Shown here piece after piece: positions 48,144 to 57,015 of a stretch of 64,000 nt of DNA. The position numbers and the translations under genes are program-made. The stretch is from a virus. Its lineage: Duplodnaviria > Heunggongvirae > Uroviricota > Caudoviricetes. The notes under the pieces are model-generated. The model was given only the letters and a program-made list of their open reading frames with translations, made no database searches and was not told the DNA's origin. The stretch lies in IMG/VR virus record IMGVR_UViG_3300024341_000001. One strand, 5' to 3'. Numbering within the stretch: position 1 is the stretch's first letter; every line of letters begins with the position of its first letter.

Positions 48144-49008
48144 TGCTATTTTTAATGAATTAATATTATTGGCAGATACATCTAAAGATGTATTTATATT
48201 ATCAGCCGACATGGGTGCTACCGAATTAGACAAATTTAAAGCAAAATATCCAAAACAATTTGTCAATGTTGGTATATCAGAACAGAATCTCATAAACGTT
48301 GCTGCCGGCATGGCAATGGAAGGTAAGAGAATATATGTATACACTATTGCCGCATTTCTTATTCAACGTGCCTTAGAACAGATAAAAGTAAATCTATGTG
48401 CTATGAAGTTACCTGTTACGTTAATAGGCATCGGTGGTGGGATGAGTTATAGTTATGATGGATTAACACATCATATACCACAAGACATAGGAATCTTGAA
48501 TACATTACCTAATATTGAAATTTTTGTACCTTTTGATGAAAGTAGTATGAGGAATTCGGTACATATTCTCAAGAACTCAACGACACCTCGGTATATTCGA
48601 CTTGACAAAGGAATTTATCCAGACTTACCAGCAATAACTTCCAATAATTATGTTCATGTTTTGAGGCAAGGAAGAACTCGGGCCGTTTTAACTTATGGCA
48701 CTTTAACGCACGAAGCATTGGATACTTTTCCGGAGGCTGGATGCATTTGTGTAGAGCGATTAAAACCATTAGATGAGGGTGAATTTCTGAAAGCCATAAA
48801 ACCATATCAAGAATTAATAGTATATGAGGAACATTCAAAAATAGGTGGATTAGCCTCTATTGTAGCATCGCTTTTATTACAACATGGGTTGGACAAGAAA
48901 TTAAATGTTTATGCGTTTGAAGATGAATATTGTAATATAGCGGGAGATCGTATTTATATCAATAATAAATTTTTAAAGAAAGTGGAGAGTAATAATGTCG
49001 TGGACTGA
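48097..49008 (+). CDS. transketolase, C-terminal subunit
   Basis: GISEQNLINVAAGMAMEG pyrimidine-binding motif plus C-terminal domain. Confidence 0.7.
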   Translation: MIQFLHWRNYHMDLRDAIFNELILLADTSKDVFILSADMGATELDKFKAKYPKQFVNVGISEQNLINVAAGMAMEGKRIYVYTIAAFLIQRALEQIKVNLCAMKLPVTLIGIGGGMSYSYDGLTHHIPQDIGILNTLPNIEIFVPFDESSMRNSVHILKNSTTPRYIRLDKGIYPDLPAITSNNYVHVLRQGRTRAVLTYGTLTHEALDTFPEAGCICVERLKPLDEGEFLKAIKPYQELIVYEEHSKIGGLASIVASLLLQHGLDKKLNVYAFEDEYCNIAGDRIYINNKFLKKVESNNVVD

Positions 49009-49699
49009 TCATGGTGCCGTGAATACAATTAAGGGGTTAGCAAGGGAATTTAAAGTAGAAACATATATAGAAACAGGCACATTTCGAGGACAAGGAATAC
49101 AAATAGCGGCGCGTTATTTTAAACACGCTTATTCATGTGAAATCATTGAGGATTTTTATACTGATGTTGTGTTAAGAACTATAAATAAACATAATATAAA
49201 AATTTTCCACATGGATAGTTCAAAATTCTTAAAATATATATCTACAACATTAAATGAACCGCTCATTTATTATTTGGATGCTCATTTTTACGATCCCAGT
49301 CTACCTAAAGAATTACGTTTTGTTGTAAAACAAGAATTAGCATCAATGGCCCCATCCAATAACTGTATCATTATAATACATGATTTTGATACTAGAAACG
49401 GATTAGGCCATATTACATATGACGGCATACCTTTGGATTTTGAGATAGTGCGTGATAACCTTTTGAAGATAAATCCGCGATTTTCTTTTTATACCAATTA
49501 TAAAGAAGCCTGCGATATAGTAACCGAGAAAGACTTCATAGATGGTAAAATGGATCCGTTGTTGCTTGACGATGAAATGAGAGATACGTTAAAATTCATA
49601 TGGTCAGCCCCACAGAAAACTTATCGTGGGCTATTGTACTGTATACCTAGAGATGTAAATGCATCTAAATATCATTTAAGAAAGGTGAATTGGAGATGA
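48995..49699 (+). CDS. putative SAM-dependent methyltransferase (FkbM/TylF-like)
   Basis: YIETGTFRGQG glycine-rich motif-I-like segment. Confidence 0.35.
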   Translation: MSWTDHGAVNTIKGLAREFKVETYIETGTFRGQGIQIAARYFKHAYSCEIIEDFYTDVVLRTINKHNIKIFHMDSSKFLKYISTTLNEPLIYYLDAHFYDPSLPKELRFVVKQELASMAPSNNCIIIIHDFDTRNGLGHITYDGIPLDFEIVRDNLLKINPRFSFYTNYKEACDIVTEKDFIDGKMDPLLLDDEMRDTLKFIWSAPQKTYRGLLYCIPRDVNASKYHLRKVNWR

Positions 49700-50421
49700 A
49701 TGTACTAATAACTGGCGGAACGCATGGTATCGGATGGGCCATCGCTAACAGATTTGCTATCGACGACCGTAACGAACATATTTATATAGCTGCTCGACAT
49801 GTAGATGATTTAGCTCATTCCTATGTATATGAAGGTATACAAGCCGATTTTACGAACACAGTAGATATAGGAAAAGTTGCTGAACAGATAAAGAATCTAC
49901 ATATCGACATTCTTATAAATAATGTAGGAGGTGGAGGGCGTTGGGGTACAGATGATGTTTTAACAACTCCCGAAGAATCTTGGGATGGTGTGATATTAAA
50001 AAATTATGAAACGGCACGACAGTTAACCCTGGCCGCGTTGCCGTGGATGAAACAAAATAATTTTGGCCGCGTTGTTACTATTTCGTCCATCTATGGTAAG
50101 GAATCCGGAGGACGTCCGTGGTTCACTGTAGCAAAAGCAGCTGAGATTGCGTTAATGAAATCGTTAGCGATACGAAAAGAACTGGTTCGACATAATATTA
50201 CATTTAATACGGTATGTCCTGGTGCGATAGCAATTCCTGGGACGGGATGGGATAAATTAACGCCGGAAGAAAGAAGTACATTCGAGGAAACATTACCGTT
50301 AGGGCGTATGGGAACGCCGGAAGAAGTTGCCGCTTTGGTTTGCTTCTTATGTTCGGAAGAGGCGAGTTTAATAAATGGAGCATGTATAACCGCAGATGGC
50401 GGAGAAAGCAGGAGTTTTTAA
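49690..50421 (+). CDS. short-chain dehydrogenase/reductase (SDR)
   Basis: LITGGTHGIGWAIA = TGxxxGIG; catalytic Ser/Tyr/Lys region. Confidence 0.6.
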   Translation: MEMNVLITGGTHGIGWAIANRFAIDDRNEHIYIAARHVDDLAHSYVYEGIQADFTNTVDIGKVAEQIKNLHIDILINNVGGGGRWGTDDVLTTPEESWDGVILKNYETARQLTLAALPWMKQNNFGRVVTISSIYGKESGGRPWFTVAKAAEIALMKSLAIRKELVRHNITFNTVCPGAIAIPGTGWDKLTPEERSTFEETLPLGRMGTPEEVAALVCFLCSEEASLINGACITADGGESRSF

Positions 50422-51419
50422 TGTTGAGACAATCAGAATACGATGAATTTAGAGGAAAGAAAGTTTTGGTAATAGGCGGCACAGGATTAATAGGTCGTCC
50501 TGTTGTTGATATTTTAGTTAACGCCGGCGCCATCGTTACTGTGGTATCATTAGACGATCTTCAGCCAAATCGATTAGCAGAATATGTATATTTGGATCTA
50601 CGATATTTCAATGCCGCAGAGTTTATAACTAAAGGAATGGATTATGTATTTCATTTGGCGGGTATCAAAGGATCGATTGAAGTTACAAAAACGAAACCAG
50701 CTAGTTTTTTTGTGCCCTTGTTACAATTTAATACAAACATACTTGAAGCATGTCGTATTAATAACGTAAAAAAAGTCGCCTTCACTAGTTCTATTGGCGC
50801 ATACGAAAGTGCTGAAATATTTCACGAAGACGGTATAACGCAAGGGCTACCGATGGATATGTATCCAGGTTGGGCAAAGCGCATGGCTGAGTTACAAATA
50901 CAGGCTTATAAAGAACAATACGGTATTAAAAATTTTGTCGTATTGCGTCCTTGTAATGTCTATGGTCCTGGAGATAACTTCGATCCAAATAATGCAATGG
51001 TTGTGCCTTCGTTGATGTATCGTATTGCTTCGGGCGAGAACCCTGTAAAAATATGGGGGGATGGTTCAGCAATTCGTGACTTTGCTTATAATGTAGATGT
51101 AGCTGAGGGTATTATACAAGCAATGCATTATATGCCAGATGTAAATTATATTAATTTGGGCAGTGGCAAGGATTATACAATAAAAAATTTAGTTGATACA
51201 CTACATGAGTTTATTGATTTCAATCATGAATGGGATACAACAAAATCAAACGGATTTCCAAAACGCGTTATGGATATAACGAAAGCGCGTATGTTAATAA
51301 ACTTTGAACCTATCACTACATTACGCGATGGATTAGAACATACGTGGAAATGGTTTTTAGCAAACAAAGAAGAGTATTTAAAGAGAAAGAATTATTTTAA
51401 TGAAGATAATAGACACTAA
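50421..51419 (+). CDS. NAD-dependent NDP-sugar epimerase/reductase
   Basis: VLVIGGTGLIGRPV Rossmann; YPGWAKRMAE YxxxK; ATG 50421 overlaps the SDR stop (TAATG); the track start 50340 is an extension. Confidence 0.55.
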   Translation: MLRQSEYDEFRGKKVLVIGGTGLIGRPVVDILVNAGAIVTVVSLDDLQPNRLAEYVYLDLRYFNAAEFITKGMDYVFHLAGIKGSIEVTKTKPASFFVPLLQFNTNILEACRINNVKKVAFTSSIGAYESAEIFHEDGITQGLPMDMYPGWAKRMAELQIQAYKEQYGIKNFVVLRPCNVYGPGDNFDPNNAMVVPSLMYRIASGENPVKIWGDGSAIRDFAYNVDVAEGIIQAMHYMPDVNYINLGSGKDYTIKNLVDTLHEFIDFNHEWDTTKSNGFPKRVMDITKARMLINFEPITTLRDGLEHTWKWFLANKEEYLKRKNYFNEDNRH

Positions 51420-51909
51420 ATTTGAAAAAGCAAAATTAATTATACCAGAGGTATTCTATGATTTTCGTGGCGAATACTTAGAGACCTTCAACAAAGAGAA
51501 CTACAAAGCATTAAATGTACCAGATGAATTTATACAAGATGATATTTCAATTTCATACAAGCATGTCCTTCGAGGATTCCACGGTGATTTTAAAACATGG
51601 AAATTGGTACAATGTGTGTACGGCAGTATATACGTTGTTATTATTGATAATAACAAAGAGTCTAAAACATATTATCAATGGCAAGCATTTACACTAAATG
51701 ACAAAAATCGTTATCAGTTATTAGTGCCGCCAGGATTCGGCAATAGTCTGCTAGCTATGACGGACATTATCGTGTATAGTTATAAGCAGACTACATATTA
51801 TGAACGTGCGTCGCAGTTTACTATAGCTCCATTTAATCCTTATCTAGGAATTTACTGGCCGATAGCAAAAGAGAACATTATTATATCAGAAAGGGATAGA
51901 AATGCCTAA
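51400..51909 (+). CDS. dTDP-4-dehydrorhamnose 3,5-epimerase-like (RmlC cupin)
   Basis: DFRGEYLETF, VLRGFHGD, KLVQCVYGSIYVVIID, LLVPPGFGNS follow the RmlC motif order. Confidence 0.65.
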   Translation: MKIIDTKFEKAKLIIPEVFYDFRGEYLETFNKENYKALNVPDEFIQDDISISYKHVLRGFHGDFKTWKLVQCVYGSIYVVIIDNNKESKTYYQWQAFTLNDKNRYQLLVPPGFGNSLLAMTDIIVYSYKQTTYYERASQFTIAPFNPYLGIYWPIAKENIIISERDRNA

Positions 51910-52927
51910 TTATCTTATAACCGGTGCCACTGGATTTGTTGGTTCACATATGATTGATTATTTATTAGCTAATACTGATGGCATGATTTACGCTTCTAGA
52001 CGTTGGCGCAGTCGTGACGAGAATATAGTACATTTGTACGGTAATCCGCGAGTCAATTTCATAGAGGCGGATCTGATGGATCGTGGCAGTCTAAGTTTGT
52101 TATTGCGAAAAGCAAAACCAGATATTATTTGGCATTTTGCCGCCCAGAGTTTTCCTGAAACGAGTTTTATTTATCCGATACATACTTTACAAACAAATAT
52201 CATTGGAACTGCCAATTTATTAGATGAAATACATCTTGCGGTATTAGATGGCCGTATAGATCCGATTATAGTAAGTGTTAGTTCCAGCGAAGTATATGGT
52301 ATGCCGGATCCTTCAGAAGTGCCTATAAAAGAAACTAACCCAATTAGAGCGGCAAATCCATATAGTATATCAAAAGTCGGACACGATCTGATGTCACAGT
52401 ATTATCATAAAGCATTTGGATTAAAAATAATAACTACCAGGATGTTTAGTCACGAAGGTGCACGCCGGGGAAGGAAATTTGCATTATCTAGTTTTGCATA
52501 TCAAATTGTACAAGGCGAAATGCAGTATAGACAAGATATAAATAATCGCTCTTATGGAAATTCAAAATATATAATTCGTGTGGGAAATCTTAATTCTGTG
52601 CGCACTTATGCTCATATAGACGATGCTGTACATGCTTATTGGTTAGCCGCCAATAAATGTACAGTCGGCGAAGTTTATAATATAGGTGGCAATCACACAT
52701 GTACTGTCGGTGAAGCATTAAATGATTTAATATCTAAAAGTTATATACAACCAACTGATTTCAAAATAGAAATAGATTTAGCATTAATCAGGCCTACTGA
52801 TATTACACTACAAATACCCGATTGTACTAAATTTATGCAAGCTACTGGATGGAAACCAACAAAAGGTCTTGATGATATAAATAAGGATCTTTTAATTTAT
52901 TGGAGAAACGTATTGCGCCGGTCGTAA
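51902..52927 (+). CDS. NDP-sugar 4,6-dehydratase/epimerase (extended SDR)
   Basis: ITGATGFVGSHMIDYLL; SSSEVYG; YSISKVGHD YxxxK. Confidence 0.6.
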   Translation: MPNYLITGATGFVGSHMIDYLLANTDGMIYASRRWRSRDENIVHLYGNPRVNFIEADLMDRGSLSLLLRKAKPDIIWHFAAQSFPETSFIYPIHTLQTNIIGTANLLDEIHLAVLDGRIDPIIVSVSSSEVYGMPDPSEVPIKETNPIRAANPYSISKVGHDLMSQYYHKAFGLKIITTRMFSHEGARRGRKFALSSFAYQIVQGEMQYRQDINNRSYGNSKYIIRVGNLNSVRTYAHIDDAVHAYWLAANKCTVGEVYNIGGNHTCTVGEALNDLISKSYIQPTDFKIEIDLALIRPTDITLQIPDCTKFMQATGWKPTKGLDDINKDLLIYWRNVLRRS

Positions 52928-52946
52928 TTTTTTAGTATTATTAGAT

Positions 52947-54980
52947 ATGATAGTACATAGAAAAGACGGTTGGCACGTATTGTCCGAAAAAGGCAAGAAT
53001 TTGGGCGGGCCGTATTCATCACGTTCAGCGGCTGTACATAGACTTCAACAGGTTGAATATTTTAAGCATAAAGGAAAAGCAGGTGCTTTAGGTATTCCTG
53101 ATCGGGACGTAAAAACACGTCCACGCGAATTCTCTACACCAGAAAATTGGCACTTTAATGTGCAACAGCATAAAGCGCATAAGGCTGGAGAACATTTCGA
53201 TTTACGACTTGTTGATCCACGTACCGGAATTGCACATAGTTGGGCCGCTCGTAACTTACCTAAGTTTCCAGGCGAAAAAGTTCTTGCTGTGCATCAACCT
53301 GATCATACTGCAGAGTACTCGGCATGGTCTGGTGAAATCAAATCAGGTTACGGCGCTGGAACAGTAAAGTTATTCTCAGCGGATAAGGTTGAAGTTACTA
53401 AAAGTACACCTGATCATGTATCTTTTAATGTGTATAAGTCTAATGGCGACACTGAAAAATATACTTTAATACATACTGGTGGGGATGATTGGCTGTTTAT
53501 GAACTCTACACCTACGCGAGATACTCGACCAGAAGTTAACATTTCGAAACCTAAATTTCAAAGTATAAAGCCTGAATCCATCGATGTAACAAAGTCGACC
53601 GAGATATTAGCACCGAAGTATGATGGAGCAATGAATGCGTTTTTGCTTAGACGTGGAATGCCTATTGAAATATACTCTTATCGTCCAAGCAAGAAAGGAC
53701 CTGCAAAGTTAATTAATCATACGTTTCGTACTGGACTTCATACTGCAATAGTTCCGGAGAGTATGCCAGGCAAAACAGTATTATTAGGAGAACTATTTGC
53801 AAAAGATAGAACATCTGGTAATGTTTTATCATCAAGAGACACTGCAGCTAGATTATTGTCAAATGTATGGCGTTCAAGAGAACTCCAAGAAAACGCGCCG
53901 CTTGATCATGTAGTTTTTGATGTGGTTCGTTATCAAGGTAAAGATGTAAGTAGTCATCCATATAGTGAAAAACTCGAGATACTAAAAAATATTTCAAAAG
54001 AAATACCAGAATTAAAAATGCCGCCGCTAGCGACGACTATAAATGAAAAACAAGTATTACTAGATGAAATACGTTCTGGCAACCATCCGTTAACACAAGA
54101 GGGCGTTGTAGTATATGATTTAAATAAGTCGGTACCATTGAAGGCAAAATTATTCAAAGATTATGATGTACGTATAATGTCGGTATTTCCGGGGGAAGGA
54201 AAATATAAAAATAAAGCTGCTGGTGGATTTACTTATTCATACAATGGTAAAGAGGAAATTGGTCGGGTTGGTAGTGGATTCACAGATCAAATGAGAAAAG
54301 AAATGTTTGAACTTCCAAATAAATATGTAGGACAGGTAGCGCGTGTGCTGGCGCAGGAGAAATTACCAAGTGGTGCACTTCGTATGCCTGTATACAAAGA
54401 CATTAGAAGTGAAACTTGGCCAAGACGCAAACAAGCTGCATTACTTGAACCGTTTCACAAAAAAGCACCGGATCCAAAAATACATAAAGGTTTAAAGACT
54501 GTTCAGACAGCTACATTAAACGATACATCTGCACCAATGCCTGTATTAGGAGATTCTATGAGTAATTATCATCCAGCATTTACTAAGACTGGATTAATTA
54601 AACTGAAATTTAAACCAACAAGACCAGATGCGCAATTAAACATAGCCAGATTAAAGGAAATGCGTATACCGCCGGACGATCCACAACAAATGCAAACCGA
54701 AGATAGTATACCGATTCTGGGTGATAATTTGGCAAATATGCCAAAGACGGGCGGAATAGATTGGAAACATATGACAAAAGAATATTTGTTACCATCATTG
54801 GTTGCTGGCCCTGTAATTGGTACTGCGGTAACTGCAGCCACCTCATCGAAAAATGAGTTTAATAAAAATATTGGAAAAGGAATAGCCACTGGTATAGGTA
54901 TCGACCTAGCCACTGGATTAAGTATGGGATTATGGAATCAACGGAAGAATCTGAAGAAACTATTCAAGACAAAACTATAA
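52947..54980 (+). CDS. LigD-like 3'-phosphoesterase + ATP-dependent DNA ligase fusion with Gly-zipper C-terminus
   Basis: PE domain: HKAGEHFDLRLV, SWAARNLPK, LAVHQPDHTAEY, GYGAGTVKLF match the LigD PE H-x-D-x-R/H/Y core. Ligase motifs: KYDGAM (I), LLGELF (III), EGVVVYD (IV), KAKLFKDYD (V). C-terminal VAGPVIGTAVTAA...GIATGIGIDLATGLSMGL. Confidence 0.65.
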   Translation: MIVHRKDGWHVLSEKGKNLGGPYSSRSAAVHRLQQVEYFKHKGKAGALGIPDRDVKTRPREFSTPENWHFNVQQHKAHKAGEHFDLRLVDPRTGIAHSWAARNLPKFPGEKVLAVHQPDHTAEYSAWSGEIKSGYGAGTVKLFSADKVEVTKSTPDHVSFNVYKSNGDTEKYTLIHTGGDDWLFMNSTPTRDTRPEVNISKPKFQSIKPESIDVTKSTEILAPKYDGAMNAFLLRRGMPIEIYSYRPSKKGPAKLINHTFRTGLHTAIVPESMPGKTVLLGELFAKDRTSGNVLSSRDTAARLLSNVWRSRELQENAPLDHVVFDVVRYQGKDVSSHPYSEKLEILKNISKEIPELKMPPLATTINEKQVLLDEIRSGNHPLTQEGVVVYDLNKSVPLKAKLFKDYDVRIMSVFPGEGKYKNKAAGGFTYSYNGKEEIGRVGSGFTDQMRKEMFELPNKYVGQVARVLAQEKLPSGALRMPVYKDIRSETWPRRKQAALLEPFHKKAPDPKIHKGLKTVQTATLNDTSAPMPVLGDSMSNYHPAFTKTGLIKLKFKPTRPDAQLNIARLKEMRIPPDDPQQMQTEDSIPILGDNLANMPKTGGIDWKHMTKEYLLPSLVAGPVIGTAVTAATSSKNEFNKNIGKGIATGIGIDLATGLSMGLWNQRKNLKKLFKTKL

Positions 54981-55295
54981 AAATTAATATCGTAGGCATC
55001 AAACGCATGAAATCTACACATGTGTGGAGATTGGAATTAGATATATACGAGGAAGATAGTCCAAAAGTGAAAGCGTTAGTTGATCAAGTGGATAAGGATT
55101 TTCATATGCTTTTAGTGCCTATTGACAATCAGCAGAATAATACGTAATATATGAATATTAAAGTGCGATTGGAGCCAAAAGTACATCAAACTGATGTGCA
55201 ATTGGCCCAAAAAATGCGAAAAGAAGCAGAGGATAAAATAAAACCGAAGAAAGAAAAATCTTTGGAAGAGTTGTTGTTTGGAGAGGAAAAGATAG

Positions 55296-56123
55296 ATGAG
55301 TCTATCTCTAAACATTAAACGTACATTTTTATCTTTTGCGCAACATTATTTTAGGGACGTGCCAAATAAGTATACTTGGAACGTAAATCCTAAATTAACA
55401 GGTATTTTCATAGGCGATAAATTTTCGGCTGTAGCCGGCACCAATGAAAAGTATCCAGCAATAATATTAACCGAAAATACTAAACGTTGGGCACGCACTT
55501 CCATCGATCAACGCGAGGCGTTTCCTGGTCTTGGCATTGATAACAAAACAAAAGTTAGATCCGATTTGGTAGTTGGATCTGTGACTTATCAATGTATCTC
55601 GCCTAATGGTATTGAGGCAAATTTAGTTGCAGATGTTCTTTTTAATGCCTTAGTAGCTTACAAAGATGATTTTCGAAAGAATGAAATTCATCAATTGTTA
55701 GATATACAAATGGGCGAAGAATCGTTAATTCGATTAGATGTAATTGGTCGCGCAGTAGTAGTTCCAGTCACAGTATATTATTCGAAACAAAGTGTCATAG
55801 CTACTGTAGCGGGTAATTACGATATAAGAATTTATACAGGCGGGTTTGGCACTGCTTACTTACAATCGATCATCGGATATGATGAAGTTGCAGATTATGC
55901 AACGTATACTGTATCTGGCCAATATATTTGGTTCACACGTCCATTAGTATCAGGGTTAACAGTTTATGCAAGATTTTTAGATGGTATTACATTACAAGAA
56001 AAAACGGAAGAGTTAGGCCCAGGTAATGGTATAGATAGGTTGTTTACATTAAGCGGTGCACCATATATGTATGATACATTATTGCATTACATTGAATTCA
56101 CTACAACCACAGAAATTACATGA
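55296..56123 (+). CDS. hypothetical virion protein
   Basis: 275 aa. Confidence 0.35.
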   Translation: MSLSLNIKRTFLSFAQHYFRDVPNKYTWNVNPKLTGIFIGDKFSAVAGTNEKYPAIILTENTKRWARTSIDQREAFPGLGIDNKTKVRSDLVVGSVTYQCISPNGIEANLVADVLFNALVAYKDDFRKNEIHQLLDIQMGEESLIRLDVIGRAVVVPVTVYYSKQSVIATVAGNYDIRIYTGGFGTAYLQSIIGYDEVADYATYTVSGQYIWFTRPLVSGLTVYARFLDGITLQEKTEELGPGNGIDRLFTLSGAPYMYDTLLHYIEFTTTTEIT

Positions 56124-57010
56124 TAAAAGAAGCAAATCCTTTAGCAGCACTTTTTGGTAAGATAGCCCCCAGATTAATAAATCTGAGTTCAAAGGCAATT
56201 AATCCTATTACTGCAAAAGCGGTTGGTTCCACCGCCGGAGCTTTGGGTGGTGGAATACTTGGCGCTAGTCAGGCGCCTGAAGGGGAAAAATCAAAAGGGT
56301 TTCTAGTAGGAGCGACCGCAGGCGGGCTAGCCGGATATTTTGGCGGGAAAACATATGCAGGATTTGGTGCAGGTGGCGCGGATTCGGCAAGAATATTGGG
56401 GTTAGGTAATAATCTAAAGCAATTAGCAACCGAAGGCGGTACAATAAAGGATAGTGTTCGTGGAGCAGCAAAATATATTTCTCAAAATTGGGCAACTCCG
56501 GAACATTTAAGACCAATACCAACTAAAAAAATAGATGGTCCTCTAAATAGACCGATGTTATCATTTACGAAAAAAGCTCCGATACAACAAATGAGTGTCC
56601 CACAAGGATCTGCGGTTACACGCGCAATTGGTAATGCATTTCGTGGTGGAATGGCCATTGCAGATCCGGCGACTGCCGCTGAATTGGGAATAAAAGGAAA
56701 TGTCGCAACACGTACAATGAAAGTTTTAGGACGTGAAGCAAATGAGTCCATGCATTATATAAAAGATGGTTATCGTTATCGCCGTTCGTTGTTAGGTAAA
56801 GCGCTTGGTGCCGGGATGGGATCAGGCATAGGTTTTGGTGTACTCGAGGGTGCGACGACTACAAATCCGGATGGAAGTCCAGCACCATTACATAAAAAAT
56901 TATTTAAAGGCACCTCTACAGCATTAGGCTGGGGACTAGCTAGTCCAATCATGGGTGCGAAGATGCTAGCATATGATGTACCAAAAACATTAATTAATCC
57001 AGAAAGTTAA
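56120..57010 (+). CDS. Gly-rich virion/internal protein
   Basis: repeated GxxxG zippers throughout. Confidence 0.35.
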   Translation: MIKEANPLAALFGKIAPRLINLSSKAINPITAKAVGSTAGALGGGILGASQAPEGEKSKGFLVGATAGGLAGYFGGKTYAGFGAGGADSARILGLGNNLKQLATEGGTIKDSVRGAAKYISQNWATPEHLRPIPTKKIDGPLNRPMLSFTKKAPIQQMSVPQGSAVTRAIGNAFRGGMAIADPATAAELGIKGNVATRTMKVLGREANESMHYIKDGYRYRRSLLGKALGAGMGSGIGFGVLEGATTTNPDGSPAPLHKKLFKGTSTALGWGLASPIMGAKMLAYDVPKTLINPES

Positions 57011-57015
57011 CTATT

